A stretch of DNA of 64,000 nucleotides from Spongospora subterranea f. sp. subterranea (taxonomy: Eukaryota): contig JAUGWO010000091.1 of NCBI GenBank assembly GCA_049724395.1, positions 124,001 through 188,000 of the forward strand. Direction: 5' to 3'. Of the stretch, positions 12,163 to 24,442 are shown piece after piece (position 1 is the stretch's first letter; the number at the start of each line of letters is the position of its first letter). The notes below the pieces were generated by a model. It was given only the letters and a program-made list of their open reading frames with translations, was not told the origin of the DNA and made no database searches. The position numbers were made by a program, and so were the translations under genes.

Positions 12163-14106
12163 TCATCGGTGGCGTAATCGCGTTGCTCGGACAGGAACGG
12201 ATGGCGTTGGAACATTGTTCTGAACCTCAAGGTCTTCTGACTGGCCACTGGAGGCCTTGAACCCGATTCGACCCTGTCGCTGGACGGTGACCCCGTTCGA
12301 AGGAAGAGAAACTGTTGGAGATGGTGCGCGTTGCATCGGCGACTCTAGGCGCCTATTCTCGTGGAATTTTGCCCAACATGTTCGTCTCGTGCCCATCTTT
12401 AGTTGAACGCAATGCGGAAAAGTGCATGTTTTGCACGACGCAGTTGTGTTAGCAGAGCAGACCAAGCACCTTAATTGCGAAGGCAGAGAAATTCTGTCAT
12501 TTGGAAGATTCTGAAGGCGCAGATTGACGCCGTCCGCATTGTTGTTAAACCAAGCCATCCTGTTTCGCTTAGGAATGCGGGGGCGTTCCACAAGCGATGC
12601 GTTGGGCACAGGGCGACCACCACTGGAACAGTTTTCTCTAGCCAGATCCTCTAAAGCGTTTACGAATTTTACAAATGGCGTCCAATCTTGAACAAACGCG
12701 TTTAAAGTCCTGAAAAACGAACCCTTCTCGTTTAAAGAGCCCTTGAGCTCTTTGTATGAAGAGAACGAAGCAATATTGCTCTCGATCTGGAGCAGCCGAT
12801 AGAGGTAATGCGCATTCAGTTGAGCTGTAAAAATAAATCTGATCGCAATAAAGGCCAATGGCGAGAGGGATCGGAAGTCGACCTTCATGTTTTTCAACAC
12901 GCGGCTATTGACGTCTTGACATTCTTTGCCTGCAATGGTCCAGATATCCACAGGTACCGGGACCAAGTCATGGGCAGGTGACAGTACATTCGTCGATGAT
13001 TGCAGCGCCAGTATGGATTTTGATAGTTCTCGCCATTGTGTCAACGTATGCAGATCGACAGCATGACCGTATTGGTCTGGCGTGAGGGTGGCGTTGCCCG
13101 TTGCAAAAGGCGCGACGTGTTGCTGACACCATCGCGTCATCATGGACCGATAAGTAACGAGCGTTTCCTCCGAGAATCCCACAAATGTCACGCTGATGAT
13201 ATTTCCCATGTCGGCAACTATATGTGCAAGATGGCAACAATTTGTGACAGCGGCATGATGAAGAGCCTGCGCGCGATACGAAGTAGTCCAAATTAAAACC
13301 TTGAACAAATCGGATCCAAACGTTGTCACAATGGCGACAACTATCAAAATCAATACTGGCGCTGCAATCACCGACCAAGCCGTTCGCACAAAAAAGATGC
13401 CAGGCGGTAATGGTCATCATCTACTGAGAGCCTGGTGGTCTGCTGTACATATCCGATCTTGGACATGAATTTCGTAAAATTTCGCTCCAAATCCCGGATT
13501 ACCATGTTTTTCGAGAAGGGAGAATCCCACCTATCTTGCTCAGCGTCGCCAGAATTATTTCGACGACCAGAGCGATTCAGCGCTGTCATCACCTCCTGGA
13601 ACGGGGCCTTGTCCAATGTACCTGCCAATGGAAACAAGTTCCCGATTGAACGGATCCCAAAATTTCGTTGGCGTGGCCTTATATAACGACAGGGTCGCCA
13701 AAACTCTGATAAAGTGGGCCATGTCACTGCCCGATACCTTCGACCCCGAGTTGGTCATTCCAGCATCAGTCAGCTGAAACAACTGTGACAAAATAGGCTC
13801 CAAGCACATGTTGAATACCTCACTAATGCCGACGCTACTGTTGGTCCCAATCTTCAAGTGCTCGCGAACCCGGGCACAGACGGTGCGAATTTCCGTTCGC
13901 GCTTCGCTGAGCAGAAGGCCGTCAGCTGGTTCCAACGAAATTTTCACTTTCGGCATTCGACTGGGATTGAGAATCGACCACTCAGCAGATTCATTTTCAT
14001 CATCAATGTCATCATCCAGGTCCTCTTCACCTTCCTCCTCGTCCTCAAATACCGCTGAGTAATCGGTTGCGTTGGCCTCAAGCAGCAGTTCCTGCAAGGT
14101 CGTCAT
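12163..14106 (-). mobile_element. Divergent piggyBac-like transposase remnant (frameshifted, probably internally deleted)
   Basis: Acidic N-terminus; RLSVDDD at the position of the first catalytic Asp; W..GKECQDVNSRVL resembling the YN..MGGVD..D block; C-terminal Cys-rich domain RCLVCSANTTASCKTCTFPHC..TCWAKFH. No TIR/TTAA found. Confidence 0.6.
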
Positions 14107-14262
14107 TCCGAGTCGAAAAAGAGTACGAGGGTCGGGTAAGCTCGGGTCGGGCAGTTTCTGGCTTTATCAAGCACGGAAATCATTTTTACTGTGAGAAAAA
14201 CTTTTTCTAACGCAGATATTCCGCCTTGAAAATCAGGTAAAAAAAATTCCATATGATCTATA

Positions 14263-15470
14263 CTCCCTCTGTTCGGAAATAAGAGTCCCATTTCAAACAA
14301 CTGCGTGCATTAAGGCCATTTTTAGCGCCATCCAGTTGATTTCAACACGCATTGGAATATTCAGCATAGGTGCAGTCTTTGTCCAATCTTGAAGCGCCAG
14401 CAATAAATACTTGCCTCAAAACCTCCGAGGTAAAAGTTGGGTATTCGTCCGAAACTTCCAACGGCACCGCTGCTTTCACATAGCCGAGTTTTCTTGTAAA
14501 AACATGTCTGCACCAGGAGTAGGTCCGAATTTGCCCTGTGAAAGCATCAAGTCGCTGGGAAGTACCATAGATGGAGAGCAACAAGTTTTCGAAAATCTTA
14601 TCGTTGATGCAGATTTCGCACACAGAAAGGGGAAAACAAACGTTACAGATAGTCAAAGACGTGTCATTTATGAATATCTTTTGAAAATGAGTGTCGCAGG
14701 AAAACTTGCTCGCGGTTCAATCTTGTTGGCAAGTCGCCAATTTTCTGTTGCCAGAAAAACTGTCAGTCGAATCTGGAATCAAGGCAAAAAGTCTTCTATC
14801 TTTGGAACAGGCCCAGCAGATGTTTCATCCAAAAAACGAGGCCGTGTTGGAAGGAAGAAAACGGTCATCACGCCGGAGCAAGTAAAACAAATTCCATTGC
14901 AGCAGCGAACAAATATTCGATCAATCGCTTGCGCTCTGAATGTATCAGTCTCTACTGTTCATAATCGAATTCAACAAGGCATTCTTAAACCTCATTCGAA
15001 CGCTTTGAAACCATATTCACCTTAAGCTAATAAGCTTGAAAGACTCAGATTCTGTATCTCGATGGTGAACATATATGAAGCCGCAGAACCAGTCTTCCAT
15101 GGCATGATGAATGTGATACACATTGACGGAGAAGTGGTTTTTCATGACAGAAACAAACAAGCGAATTTACTTAGCATCCGATGAGACTGAGCCTTACCGC
15201 ACGTGTAAAAGTAAGCGGTTTATAGAAAAGATAATGTTTATGGCAGCAGTTGCAAGACCAAGATGGGACCGGTCGCGGAACCGATGGTTTTCTGGGAAAA
15301 TAGGCATTTTTCCATTTGTTTTCAAAGAGCCTGCCAAAAGGAGCAGCAAGAATCGTCCTGCAGGCACTATGGTGACTAAACCCATTGAATCAGTTAACAA
15401 GGATGTGATCCGAAGACATTTGATTCATGACATCATGCCTGCAATTCGTTCGAAATGGCCCCGGGACTGG
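14263..15470 (+). mobile_element. 5' half of a DD39D mariner-like element, truncated before the second and third Asp
   Basis: TA+CTCCCTCTGTTCGGAAATAAG TIR at 14263; HTH region (YEYLLKMS..FSVARKTVSRIW..SKKRGRVGRK); IHID/EKWFFMT; KIMFMAAVARPRWD..WFSGKIGIFPFV..AKRSSKNRPAGT..IMPAIRSKWP; frameshifts present. Confidence 0.9.
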
Positions 15471-15479
15471 TCGCCGGAC

Positions 15480-16156
15480 TGCGAGTCTCCTGGTCAGATC
15501 ATCAGAAAATTGTTCCCTGATGTCCAAACGACATCTCATGTTGGGAACGTCATTTCTGCCAATGTGACCCGTACTTTTGTCAAACTCGATTTCAAAAACG
15601 ACCACGCAGTGATCCAAGCCCTATCGTCAGCGGTAAAGGTGAACGAACCTTGATCTTTTGCAATACATCATCTTCGACCCGATCATGTTGTTGGCCATCG
15701 GTTGATGGCTCCATATCGCCCGGCGCTCTTCACGGGACGCACCAGCGTCGACAATCGCGTCGCGATACTTGCTGCGCTGCTCCAAGGTACGATCAAGGTT
15801 CTGGTATGCACAGATATGGCCGCCCGCGCCCTGGACTTCCCCAGCATTGACCACGTGATCGAGTTCGAGTTCGCCCGAAATGGAGTGACCCATCTGCATC
15901 GAGTTGGACGTACTGGACGATGCGGTCAACGTGGCAAAGGTATGGTGGGTTTCGCCCCGATTCGGTCCAGTGCTGAGCGCGAGTTCTCCCTTCAGTGACC
16001 AGTTTCTATGATGATGATCGGGAGTCGTTAGTCGGAGCACTACAGGGTATTGCGGACGATCAGGCCATTGATTCCGAGTTCAGTCGAAAACGGTCATTCC
16101 GGAAGCGAATCAAGAAAGCCACAGCGATAGCCGAATCGGCTCATACCTCCTTTTGA
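15480..16156 (+). pseudogene. 3' fragment of a DEAD-box RNA helicase (HelicC domain; DDX28/RH22-like), 5' part missing
   Basis: TLIFCNT (motif IV), VLVCTDMAARALDFPSIDHVI (V), HLHRVGRTGR (VI); intron ~15940-15996; tail FSRKRSFRKRIKK*; two frameshifts; no Q/I/II motifs upstream. Confidence 0.75.
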
Positions 16157-17409
16157 AAGACCCAAAGTTGAATTAAGTATCCACACATCAGATCAATTAT
16201 TGTATAAACCTAAATTTTTTTCTTATTATATTGTTTGCTGTTTTAATCCCTAGGGTGACGTCGCAATTGTACTAACTTCTGCAAAACCATTTGAACCCCA
16301 TTTGAGCCGGACATGCAAGCTGATTCTATTCATATGAGGTTATCGTTATGCACGAACTGCCCGATCTCGTAACCTTCAACGAAGCACATATCATGATTTA
16401 GCGAGGGAGCGCTGAAACCATGGCGAATAGCAATCGCGTGTTGACGTACGGTTATCAACTGTTTTCGGCAACAGATTCATCATGGGATGTCGTGATCTGA
16501 TCAAGCTTCGCCATGGTGATTCAGGGCAGTATTTTTAAGGCAACTACGCTGATATTTTTAACAAACTCCTGGCAACAGCATACTTGATTATGTTCCGGAT
16601 GCAATTGCAACTTGACAGTGAACAAAACGGCGATTGTGGTTCAGAAGTCAACGTAAGCATGGTTGCCAAACAAATGATGATGAGGCTCTGTTTCCGACAC
16701 CCCGACAATTGGATGGCGATGCTGATGACAGCGAATATAAAAAACCTCGAAGGGTTTAAATATGATCACTTGCAGACCATCTACAGCTGTTGGCAGATCG
16801 CGGTGGCAACGTCCGCACAAGCATCAGCCAATTGCTGAACATGTTGACACAGATCCGCTATAGAGTAGTTGATAGGCATGCCTCAACAATGTGGCAACCG
16901 CACATCATCACATAAAATACACTTCATTTCGATAATCCACTCGTTATCATTACGAATGATTTATCCTCTATTATCGTTCGCTCCCGCTGAAGAGTTTAAG
17001 AGTCCCATCACTCTCAAGATGAGATGGCGAGAAGCAAACAGCACGAGACGATCTCTTCCAACGGAAACAAACCGTCGACCCTAACGATCAACGGATGAAC
17101 TGGGAAGAATTTCAGGAGAAACTTGGAGGCCTAATTCACAATTACGGGAATTGAGACATATCCCGCAAGCAAATAAATTTCCCACGAAGTTCGGAACGAC
17201 AAGCTGCCTAATGCACAGATAACAATGTGTCCACCCGAGTTACAACTATAGAACATGAGGTCCTAACATGAGGTCATTACCGTCCATGGCGTTACAGCGC
17301 CCGTCATGCTGGCGATAGGGCGTGGCTCAAGGCAAGGGTGAAGGGCCACAGGACCTGACAGGTTCACAGCTCGCTTCATATTCTTATCAATTCAGTTGTA
17401 CCAACATCG

Positions 17410-18110
17410 ATGAATTCTTCGTCTCTCTTTATTTTCGCCGCTATGGCGGTATTTGCCCTATTATCCTCAGTGGAGGTAATCTGTTATTGGAAGAGTGGTC
17501 AGCCAACTCACTGTAATTCATACCTCTCAGGTGCACGCGGCGGATGCCTCAACGAATGCACCTGTAAGTCGCTCAATCGTCCACAAATGGGGATTCATTC
17601 GCTTAACCATCGAAATCAGGATCAGAAGCTGCCCCAAGTGAACCAAACGGTATCTTGTGGCAATGGGCTACAATGGCATCAACTGTTTAATGATCATGGA
17701 TCACAGGTCGAAACCATATCTGACAAAACCGTCGCATCAAAGGTAAAGTGAGCCATAGCAGAGTATAAGGTTGAGTCATTTGACATCTCTACTAGGCTCT
17801 GGAACCGAATGACAATGGTGTCTCCAACACTGCAGGACCATCTCTCTCCCTGATTATGGATGGACAAATGGGGTCCACTGGTTTTTGGTCGGACAGTTCA
17901 TTTATGAATTCCATGCATCTAACCCTTGTGAACTGAAACAGGATTGCACCATTTCTGTAGGTGAGTCCGGAAAGGGTTCAAACTCACAAGAGGTATATGT
18001 TTGAAGCGACGTCGAATGCGTGTTAATCATCTTTGTGATTTTCAGATTGCATACCTCATTTTGCAATGTATGAGCAAAACATCTGGGAGTCTACCAACAT
18101 CGAAGGTCAG
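17410..18110 (+). CDS. Possible small secreted Cys-containing protein or pseudogene; exon structure unresolved
   Basis: Signal-peptide-like MNSSSLFIFAAMAVFALLSSVEVIC followed by five Cys in ~30 aa; GTAAG/GTAAAG donors downstream; no family recognised. Confidence 0.3.
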
Positions 18111-18596
18111 TTTCAGCCAATAGTGTTTTGTGTGAAACTTAGTCATTTTAGCATCTCCAAAAAAACCAGGACACGTTCCTGTCCATGTTGCTCGCTATTT
18201 CTCTCATCTATATCTCTAAAGACAGTGACCTGAAGCAGGAACTATTAGTACATGAAGGACTTACCGACCAAGCGGAAATTGAAAGTTTTGACAGTTTCAT
18301 CAACTTGGTATATTCAGTGGCGCGACTTTGATTGGGTTTGTTTATTTCCATTCTCTGTGGTATTCAGTACATTTTGTCCACATTTGGAGATGACTCTACA
18401 CCCTTTCGCGGTTCCAGTGTTCCACCCAATCAAGATGGTCTCTTGGTATTAATCGTAAAACATCCATTTGGTAGTATTTTGTCTGATAACAAAAACCTCA
18501 GGAGAAAACCGGTGCTAAAGGAGACGATTCCATCCCAAAATAAAGTGATTCTCATCACTCTGTTTGAGTTTGCGTCATCCAGAACAAATCAATAAA

Positions 18597-19860
18597 ATGA
18601 CAGCGATCGCGTCATTGAATCTTTAGTCACCAAATCTTTTCGGAATAGTTCAGGATTTATACAATCACACAAATTTAGAAGCGCTCAATTAGAGCTCAAG
18701 CTTAAGAATTCATGCGAACCGAACCCCAAGCAATCGGGTTTACTGTACCCTCCCAACCATTTTCGACGGGGACTGTTCCCAGGCCTGGACCCTTCTGAAT
18801 ATCCATTCCAGCAACAGAAGGTGCCCTATATTACTCTTTCCCAAGAGGCGATGCGCTATCCTGGACATCACACCTTGAACTGAAAAACAAAGACTGGCTT
18901 GATGACGATACAAAGTTTGTTCAGCAATTAAAAGACCGCCTTTGCCGAATCGTTGAAAAGCAAAAAAGCCAGCGCGAGCCTTAGAAAATTTCGCCAAGCT
19001 CGATTTAATACCCTAGCAGACTACACGAAGAGGTTTCGCACACTGGCTAGGGGTGCCGACTGGCCGCTTAACCTGCTGATTGAAAATTACAGGGACGGAT
19101 TACCCGAAAATAAACTCAATATGCTTACAACCTTGGAAGCGACAGGAATGACCTTCTCTTCGCTCGAAGATGTCATGCGTCAGGCATCTGAGTTTGATGC
19201 TCACGTATCGTGGCGACAAAGGAGCCAGCGACGCGCCTGGCAAAAATCTTCGGATGCCACAACGTTCAATTTCGGCAAACATCAATTAAATAATGCCAGC
19301 AGTTCAAACTATTCTTCGTTGTACATTGTGCCGTGCGAGTTCGACATAGCCGGACGCACGATCAACAAGGAAGTTTTGATAGATACAGGGAGCGGGTTCC
19401 TGCTGCATGAGTTTCAAATTTGCCCACTCAACACTCAGTAGCCTGAAGAACAAAACAATTGCCCCATTACAGCAATAACGTTTGATGAAATTATATATAC
19501 ACGATTTCATTTTGGATAAACACTGGTGTTCTGTCGAATTCAACCTCGTCTCTGAAATCTCGCATGATATTATTTTAGGGTTCGACTGGTTGGCAAAGCA
19601 AACCCTTCTACCGAATGGCGATTTGTCCCAGTTCAACTAGGTAACTCCAGAGAAAACGTACGTTCCAGTTCCCCCAACACAGCTGTGATGATAATGACTA
19701 TGGAAACTGACAATCCCCACACCTTTGCACCCCTTGTTGAATATCCGGTGCAATTAGAATTCATGGATTTGACCGATGACTTTATGAAAAAAAGGCAGAT
19801 CAGCTCCCTTCCCATCGAGCCTATGATTGCACCATTGATCTTATACCAAACAAGTCATGC
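18597..19860 (+). mobile_element. Degenerate Ty3/gypsy LTR retrotransposon fragment (gag, protease, start of RT)
   Basis: Retrotrans-gag-like ASLRKFRQ..LADYTKRFRTLARGADWPLNLLIENYRDGL; protease VLIDTGSG and HDIILGFDWL; pre-RT LPSHRAYDCTIDLIP; many stops and frameshifts. Confidence 0.8.
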
Positions 19861-20135
19861 TGGCTTAAAACTTTTTCAAGGTAGTAATAAATACTTGATT
19901 TAAATTTAAAGAAGAAAAAATAGTTAACCTGAATATGTCTGCCTGAATGATGTTTTGAGGACAACGTTTTCTACGCCGGTGATGGAAAAGGCGGTCGACG
20001 TTCGTCAGTAGTTCCCAGTTTTGTTCGCTGAACCGTGCGGTGACAATTGTTCGTTCACGTAAGAAGGGATGAACCCGGAAAGATGCCAGGATTAAGCCAA
20101 CTACGTTGACACGGTACACTCAGGTGTATATAATA

Positions 20136-20920
20136 CTCCCTCCGTTCGGATTTAATGGGAACATTGTGCGCGGATTTTTGTTCGGAAATAATGGGACATT
20201 GTGCATGAATGGCACAATCCAATGAGCAGGTCAGACGATGTACTCTATAAAATCTCACATTAAAAGAAAAATCATATAATCAGACAATGTCGACTGCCCG
20301 AGCACTTATTCTGACTCTTCATTGAACAATTGGGGTACAAGTTGCCTGCTTCGCTGCCTCAATTGTCTCTGTTGCGCAGCATAAGTACTCGGGCAGTCGA
20401 CACTGCTTGATTAAATGATCCTTGTTTACGTGTGGGATCCGATAATTGTTTCCACCTCCGCATTTCATAGTTTCGTTCATGCACGAGTGATGAGTTAAGA
20501 ACACCTTCTTCAATGTATCCTTATCGAGCTCGTGGAAAGCTTCATCAACGGCAGCAATGAGTCATCGATCGTATTCATTGCTTTCGTGTGTTGCAAAGCC
20601 TGGATTGCATTGAAAAAACCAAGGTCAAGAACATTAGTGTCAGGACTGTTTGGTGGCTGACATGTAAAGCGAATATTCTTGCCCGTCGCCTTGACTGCCT
20701 GGTTGAAGGCAGTATCCAATGGGCTAATATGCGGCTTGGCATTGTCCTGTTGTATCACAACGGTCGCGCTTTGAACGGAATTGGGCCATTTACTGCGAAT
20801 CGCTGGAATAACTTTTTCAATCATCATTTTGGATTTTGTTGACAGATTCAATATTTTTGGTTACCAAAGTGTCTGCTGGTCTGTTTTTACTTCCTCGCTT
20901 GGCAGCAACTTTTTGCAAGT
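20136..20920 (-). mobile_element. 3' half of a DD39D mariner-like element
   Basis: TA+CTCCCTCCGTTCGG TIR at 20136; transposase AKRGSKNRP..PAIRSKWP..QQDNAKPH..QPPNSPDTNVLDLGFFNAIQ..GGNNYRIPH; 39 residues counted between the second and third Asp. Confidence 0.9.
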
Positions 20921-20929
20921 CAATTCACG

Positions 20930-23030
20930 CCCCAACGCGGATTTTGTTGCCGGCTGCTTAAAGACACATGGTTTACAAGCCTGGGTTTTGGAGACCAAAT
21001 TTCCAGCGCTATACCGATAAAACGATACTGACATATCTTAAACGAATTGAAAAGTTTATTATAAGATCCTGCTGGTCGTGAAGTGTTTGATATTCCAGAC
21101 GATAACGTGTCCGACAAAGATGAGTCTACCAATATCGACGAGCATACTCGCAATGATGTTTACGAGGTAGAAAGGATCCTTCAAAAACGCCGTCGACGTT
21201 CAGTTGGAGATAAGTATTTGATTCGATGGAAGGGGTATGACGAATCTTTTGATCAATGGGTTCCTGCTACTGATGTTGGGACGGCAGCTATTAAGGAGTT
21301 TGAACGTCAAAGTGAGCTGATGTTCTTAGGTAGCATTGTCGCTAACTCGAGTGAACCTCGATTTATCATGAAGCTATTGCAAGCGATCCAGGGAAGTTTT
21401 TGAGTTAGCTGTTCAGGATGAACTGGCTGATATTGATGAGTTAAATACCTGCTGGAGCACAATCTATTGGTACCAGATGGATATTCAAGGTTAAACATAT
21501 GAATATGAAGGACATTCCAGGTGACCCACATGGATAATTCAACCCATTCAAGTGAGTACGTCTTGCAGTCGGTTCAAGGCGCGACTTGTTGTTCAAGGAT
21601 ACAAGCAGGCGTTTGGCCGCGATTACAATGAGACTTATGCATTAGTTATGCGAGCAGAGATAGTGAAACTGATGTTGGCTCTGTCTCTGGCAGATGATAA
21701 CATCATCTCTATACAGATGGATGTGGTTACTGCGTTTTTACACGCATCATCATATCAAAGCGCCTCAAAGATATCAATCTCCAACAAAATTTGTCAAGTT
21801 ACTCAAGTCTTTGTATGGCCTTAACAAGCACCGTATGAGTGGCATAAGTTGATGGATTCCTACTTAACCAATGACCAAGGTTTTACCCGAATCAAGTCAA
21901 CTACATGTTTGTATATCAAGCGGAAGGATTATCAGTTTGTTATTTTGGTTTATATGTTGATGATTTGCCTATTGTGGGGCATCCAGCCATGGTTAGTGAC
22001 ATTCGAGAAGCGTTGAAACTTCGGTTTAAGATGTCTGATTTTGGAGACCTGTCAGAGTGTGTCGGGATTCAAATTGATCGACCAACCAATGGTATCTTCA
22101 TTCATCAAGGAAAGTATATAGATCATATACTGGAATTGTATGGAATGAACAACTCTACTCGGCCGCCAACTCCAACGGCAAGTGATATCAAGCTAACTAA
22201 ACTAATGTGTCCACAGACTGATCATGATCGTGAAGTTGTGCGACTTGTACAGCAACGCATCGACTATCGATCTGCTGTTGGTCATTTGATCTGGTTATTA
22301 CACACTCGACCTGATAAGTGTCACGTTATGTACATGACCCAGGGCCTATGCATTTCACTGCATTGAAACGAATATTTAGGTATCTTTGTGGGAATGGAAC
22401 ATTGGGGTTATTGTATAACAAATCATCCGATACATCAGTGGTGAATTACTGGATATTCCGACTCTGATTGGGCGGGAGATCTCGATACTCGCAGATCGAC
22501 TTCTGGTTATGTATTTCAAGTGAATGGCTCTCCGGTATCATATCGAGTTAAAAAACAATCTACTACATTACTGTCGTCATGTGAGGCTGAATCAGTTGCC
22601 TCGTCATTCGCAGGATGTGAAACCGTTTGGCTCCGCAATGTACTTGATGAACTTGGGTTTTCTCAAGAACTCCCAACAACTCTGAGTTAAGATAATCATG
22701 GTTCTATTGCATTTGGAATGAGTGCAATTAATCACTCAAAGATAAAACACATTGATATTCGTGAGCATTATATTCGGGAACTGGTTCAAACAAATGAAGT
22801 CAAAATTGTGTACGTCCCCTCAAAAGATAATCTGGCTGATACAGTATGTTTACCAAGGGATTATGCAAGGAAAAATTCGAAGATTTGCGCAATCGGATCA
22901 GCTGTTTGGCTAATCCATGTTCGACTGTTCAACTCTCAGTAGTTGAGGGGGGGAATTATAAATGCGTCGGTTACCGGTGTACATACGTACACATACCATG
23001 GCCGATTAGTACATTGGGATTAATCTACAC
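20930..23030 (+). mobile_element. Degenerate Ty1/copia LTR retrotransposon 3' part: chromodomain, RT, RNase H, PPT
   Basis: Chromodomain VYEVERILQKR..KYLIRWKGYDESFDQWVP; RT FKARLVVQGYKQAFGRDYNETYA, QMDVVTAFLH, KSLYGL.QAP, LYVDDL; RNase H YSDSDWAGDLDTRRSTSGY, SSCEAE, KHIDIREHYIRE, DNLAD; polypurine tract TTGAGGGGGGGAA at 22943-22955. Confidence 0.92.
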
Positions 23031-23158
23031 ATCAAACCTGGTTCCGCTGGCAGCTGCATAATAAATAATAACTAAATGGGGCCAAAGCAGGTCGTTGTGT
23101 TTCAATAAGCACCCGATTATCAACCAGGAACGCCTTATCGTCAGTCGAGCGAGGCAAA

Positions 23159-24044
23159 ATGAACCCGTCGCCTCAAGAATCAATGTGCAATTGGGCCGAT
23201 CCCCCTCTTGATTATGCTCAATGTTATTGGTTGGTTTAGCGCAGGCAGTTTCTATCTCCATTTCATCTGAAGTATCGGGTTTCAGTGAAGAGAATATCTG
23301 GAAATTATGTATGAGGGCAAAAATAGCTGGAGCTGATTTAAAGAATATCTTCGCTGTGTTTATATCAAACCCACAGCAACAGGTTGTTTCGTGCGTATCC
23401 TGGACGTCTCGTGCTACTGACGCTTCTCTGTAAACAGGTGCAATTGTTGAAGCAGCGCGCTGGTCAGGCTGAGGATAACTGGTCGGTCGTATGGGATTAT
23501 CATGTCGTATTGGTGACCCATCTGGACTCGATTTCCATGGTCATCGATCCTGACTCCGTTCTCGGATTGCAGACCGATTTCGACGACTACGTCTCCCAGA
23601 CATTCGTCCAGCCGACTTGCATCCTTGGATATTTTAAACCGTTATCGGCAACGATCCAATCGCGACTCTGTAGGCGCTGATGGGTATTTTCATAGGTTGT
23701 TTAGGGTGATCGGCGCCGATGTCTACATCGATGAATTCGCATCGGATCGGAGCCACATGATGGCGAAAGATGGGCGATTTCTGCAAACCCCACCCAGTTG
23801 GCCCCATATCGTCAACAAACATGGCGAGCTGATGAACTTATCGAAATTTGTGGCGATGTCTGATCGTGGCGTTGGCGACGTGCTGCATTACGAACAGTTG
23901 GTGAAGCGATTCTCCAATAGCAATAAGAGCGATGTATTATTATACCCATTGTTTGTTGAATACGTGAATAGCTTCGGTAAACTTGTTCTTCAGCAATCGA
24001 ACCTCCTGGTCGGTCATCGCATTCACCTCCTGTTGATGCACTAG
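23159..24044 (+). CDS. NTAQ1: Protein N-terminal glutamine amidohydrolase (NTAQ1/WDYHV1), multi-exon
   Basis: Spliced YAQCYCEENIWKLC, AVFISN, VVWDYHVVLV, FRVIGADVYIDEFASDRSHM, PPSWPHI; true stop may lie near 23920 if an indel is present. Confidence 0.92.
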
Positions 24045-24442
24045 TTGCTGCTGTATTCGATCCGCCCTGTCATCCTGCATGCTTCGGCACAGTTTCAGTG
24101 CGTTTTGCTCGCTGATGTGGAGATTGTCTCAGTCGCGTTCATATTAGCTGTCGTTGGGCAGGGATATCAATACCTGCATCGAATAGCCTCATCCAATCTG
24201 TTAACTTCATCACAGAATACCGTTTTGAGCCTCATTTGATGATCGGCGATATTCGTGATTTTTGTGGCTAACCGGTCTTCGATCATCTGCCACTTTGGTT
24301 AAAAAACCATTCCCATTATGCCGGTTCTCACCGTAATTCGATCGAGATCCGGGAGTTTACTCATCAACGCTCGTTCAATGCGTTCAAGACGGTTCTCGAT
24401 GTCGCCCAATCTCGTCTCGTACCGATGATCGGCTTGCGCCAT
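23940..24442 (-). CDS. Small hypothetical coiled-coil protein, 3 exons
   Basis: Splicing two GT-AG introns gives an open MAQADHRYETRLGDIENRLERIERALM..EVRLLKNKFTEAIHVFNKQWV*. Confidence 0.55.

Noticed and set aside
14263..20160. TIRs at 14263 and 20136 as two ends of one large composite mariner
   Set aside because: Both face the same direction, differ in sequence, and their transposase pieces overlap and lie on opposite strands.
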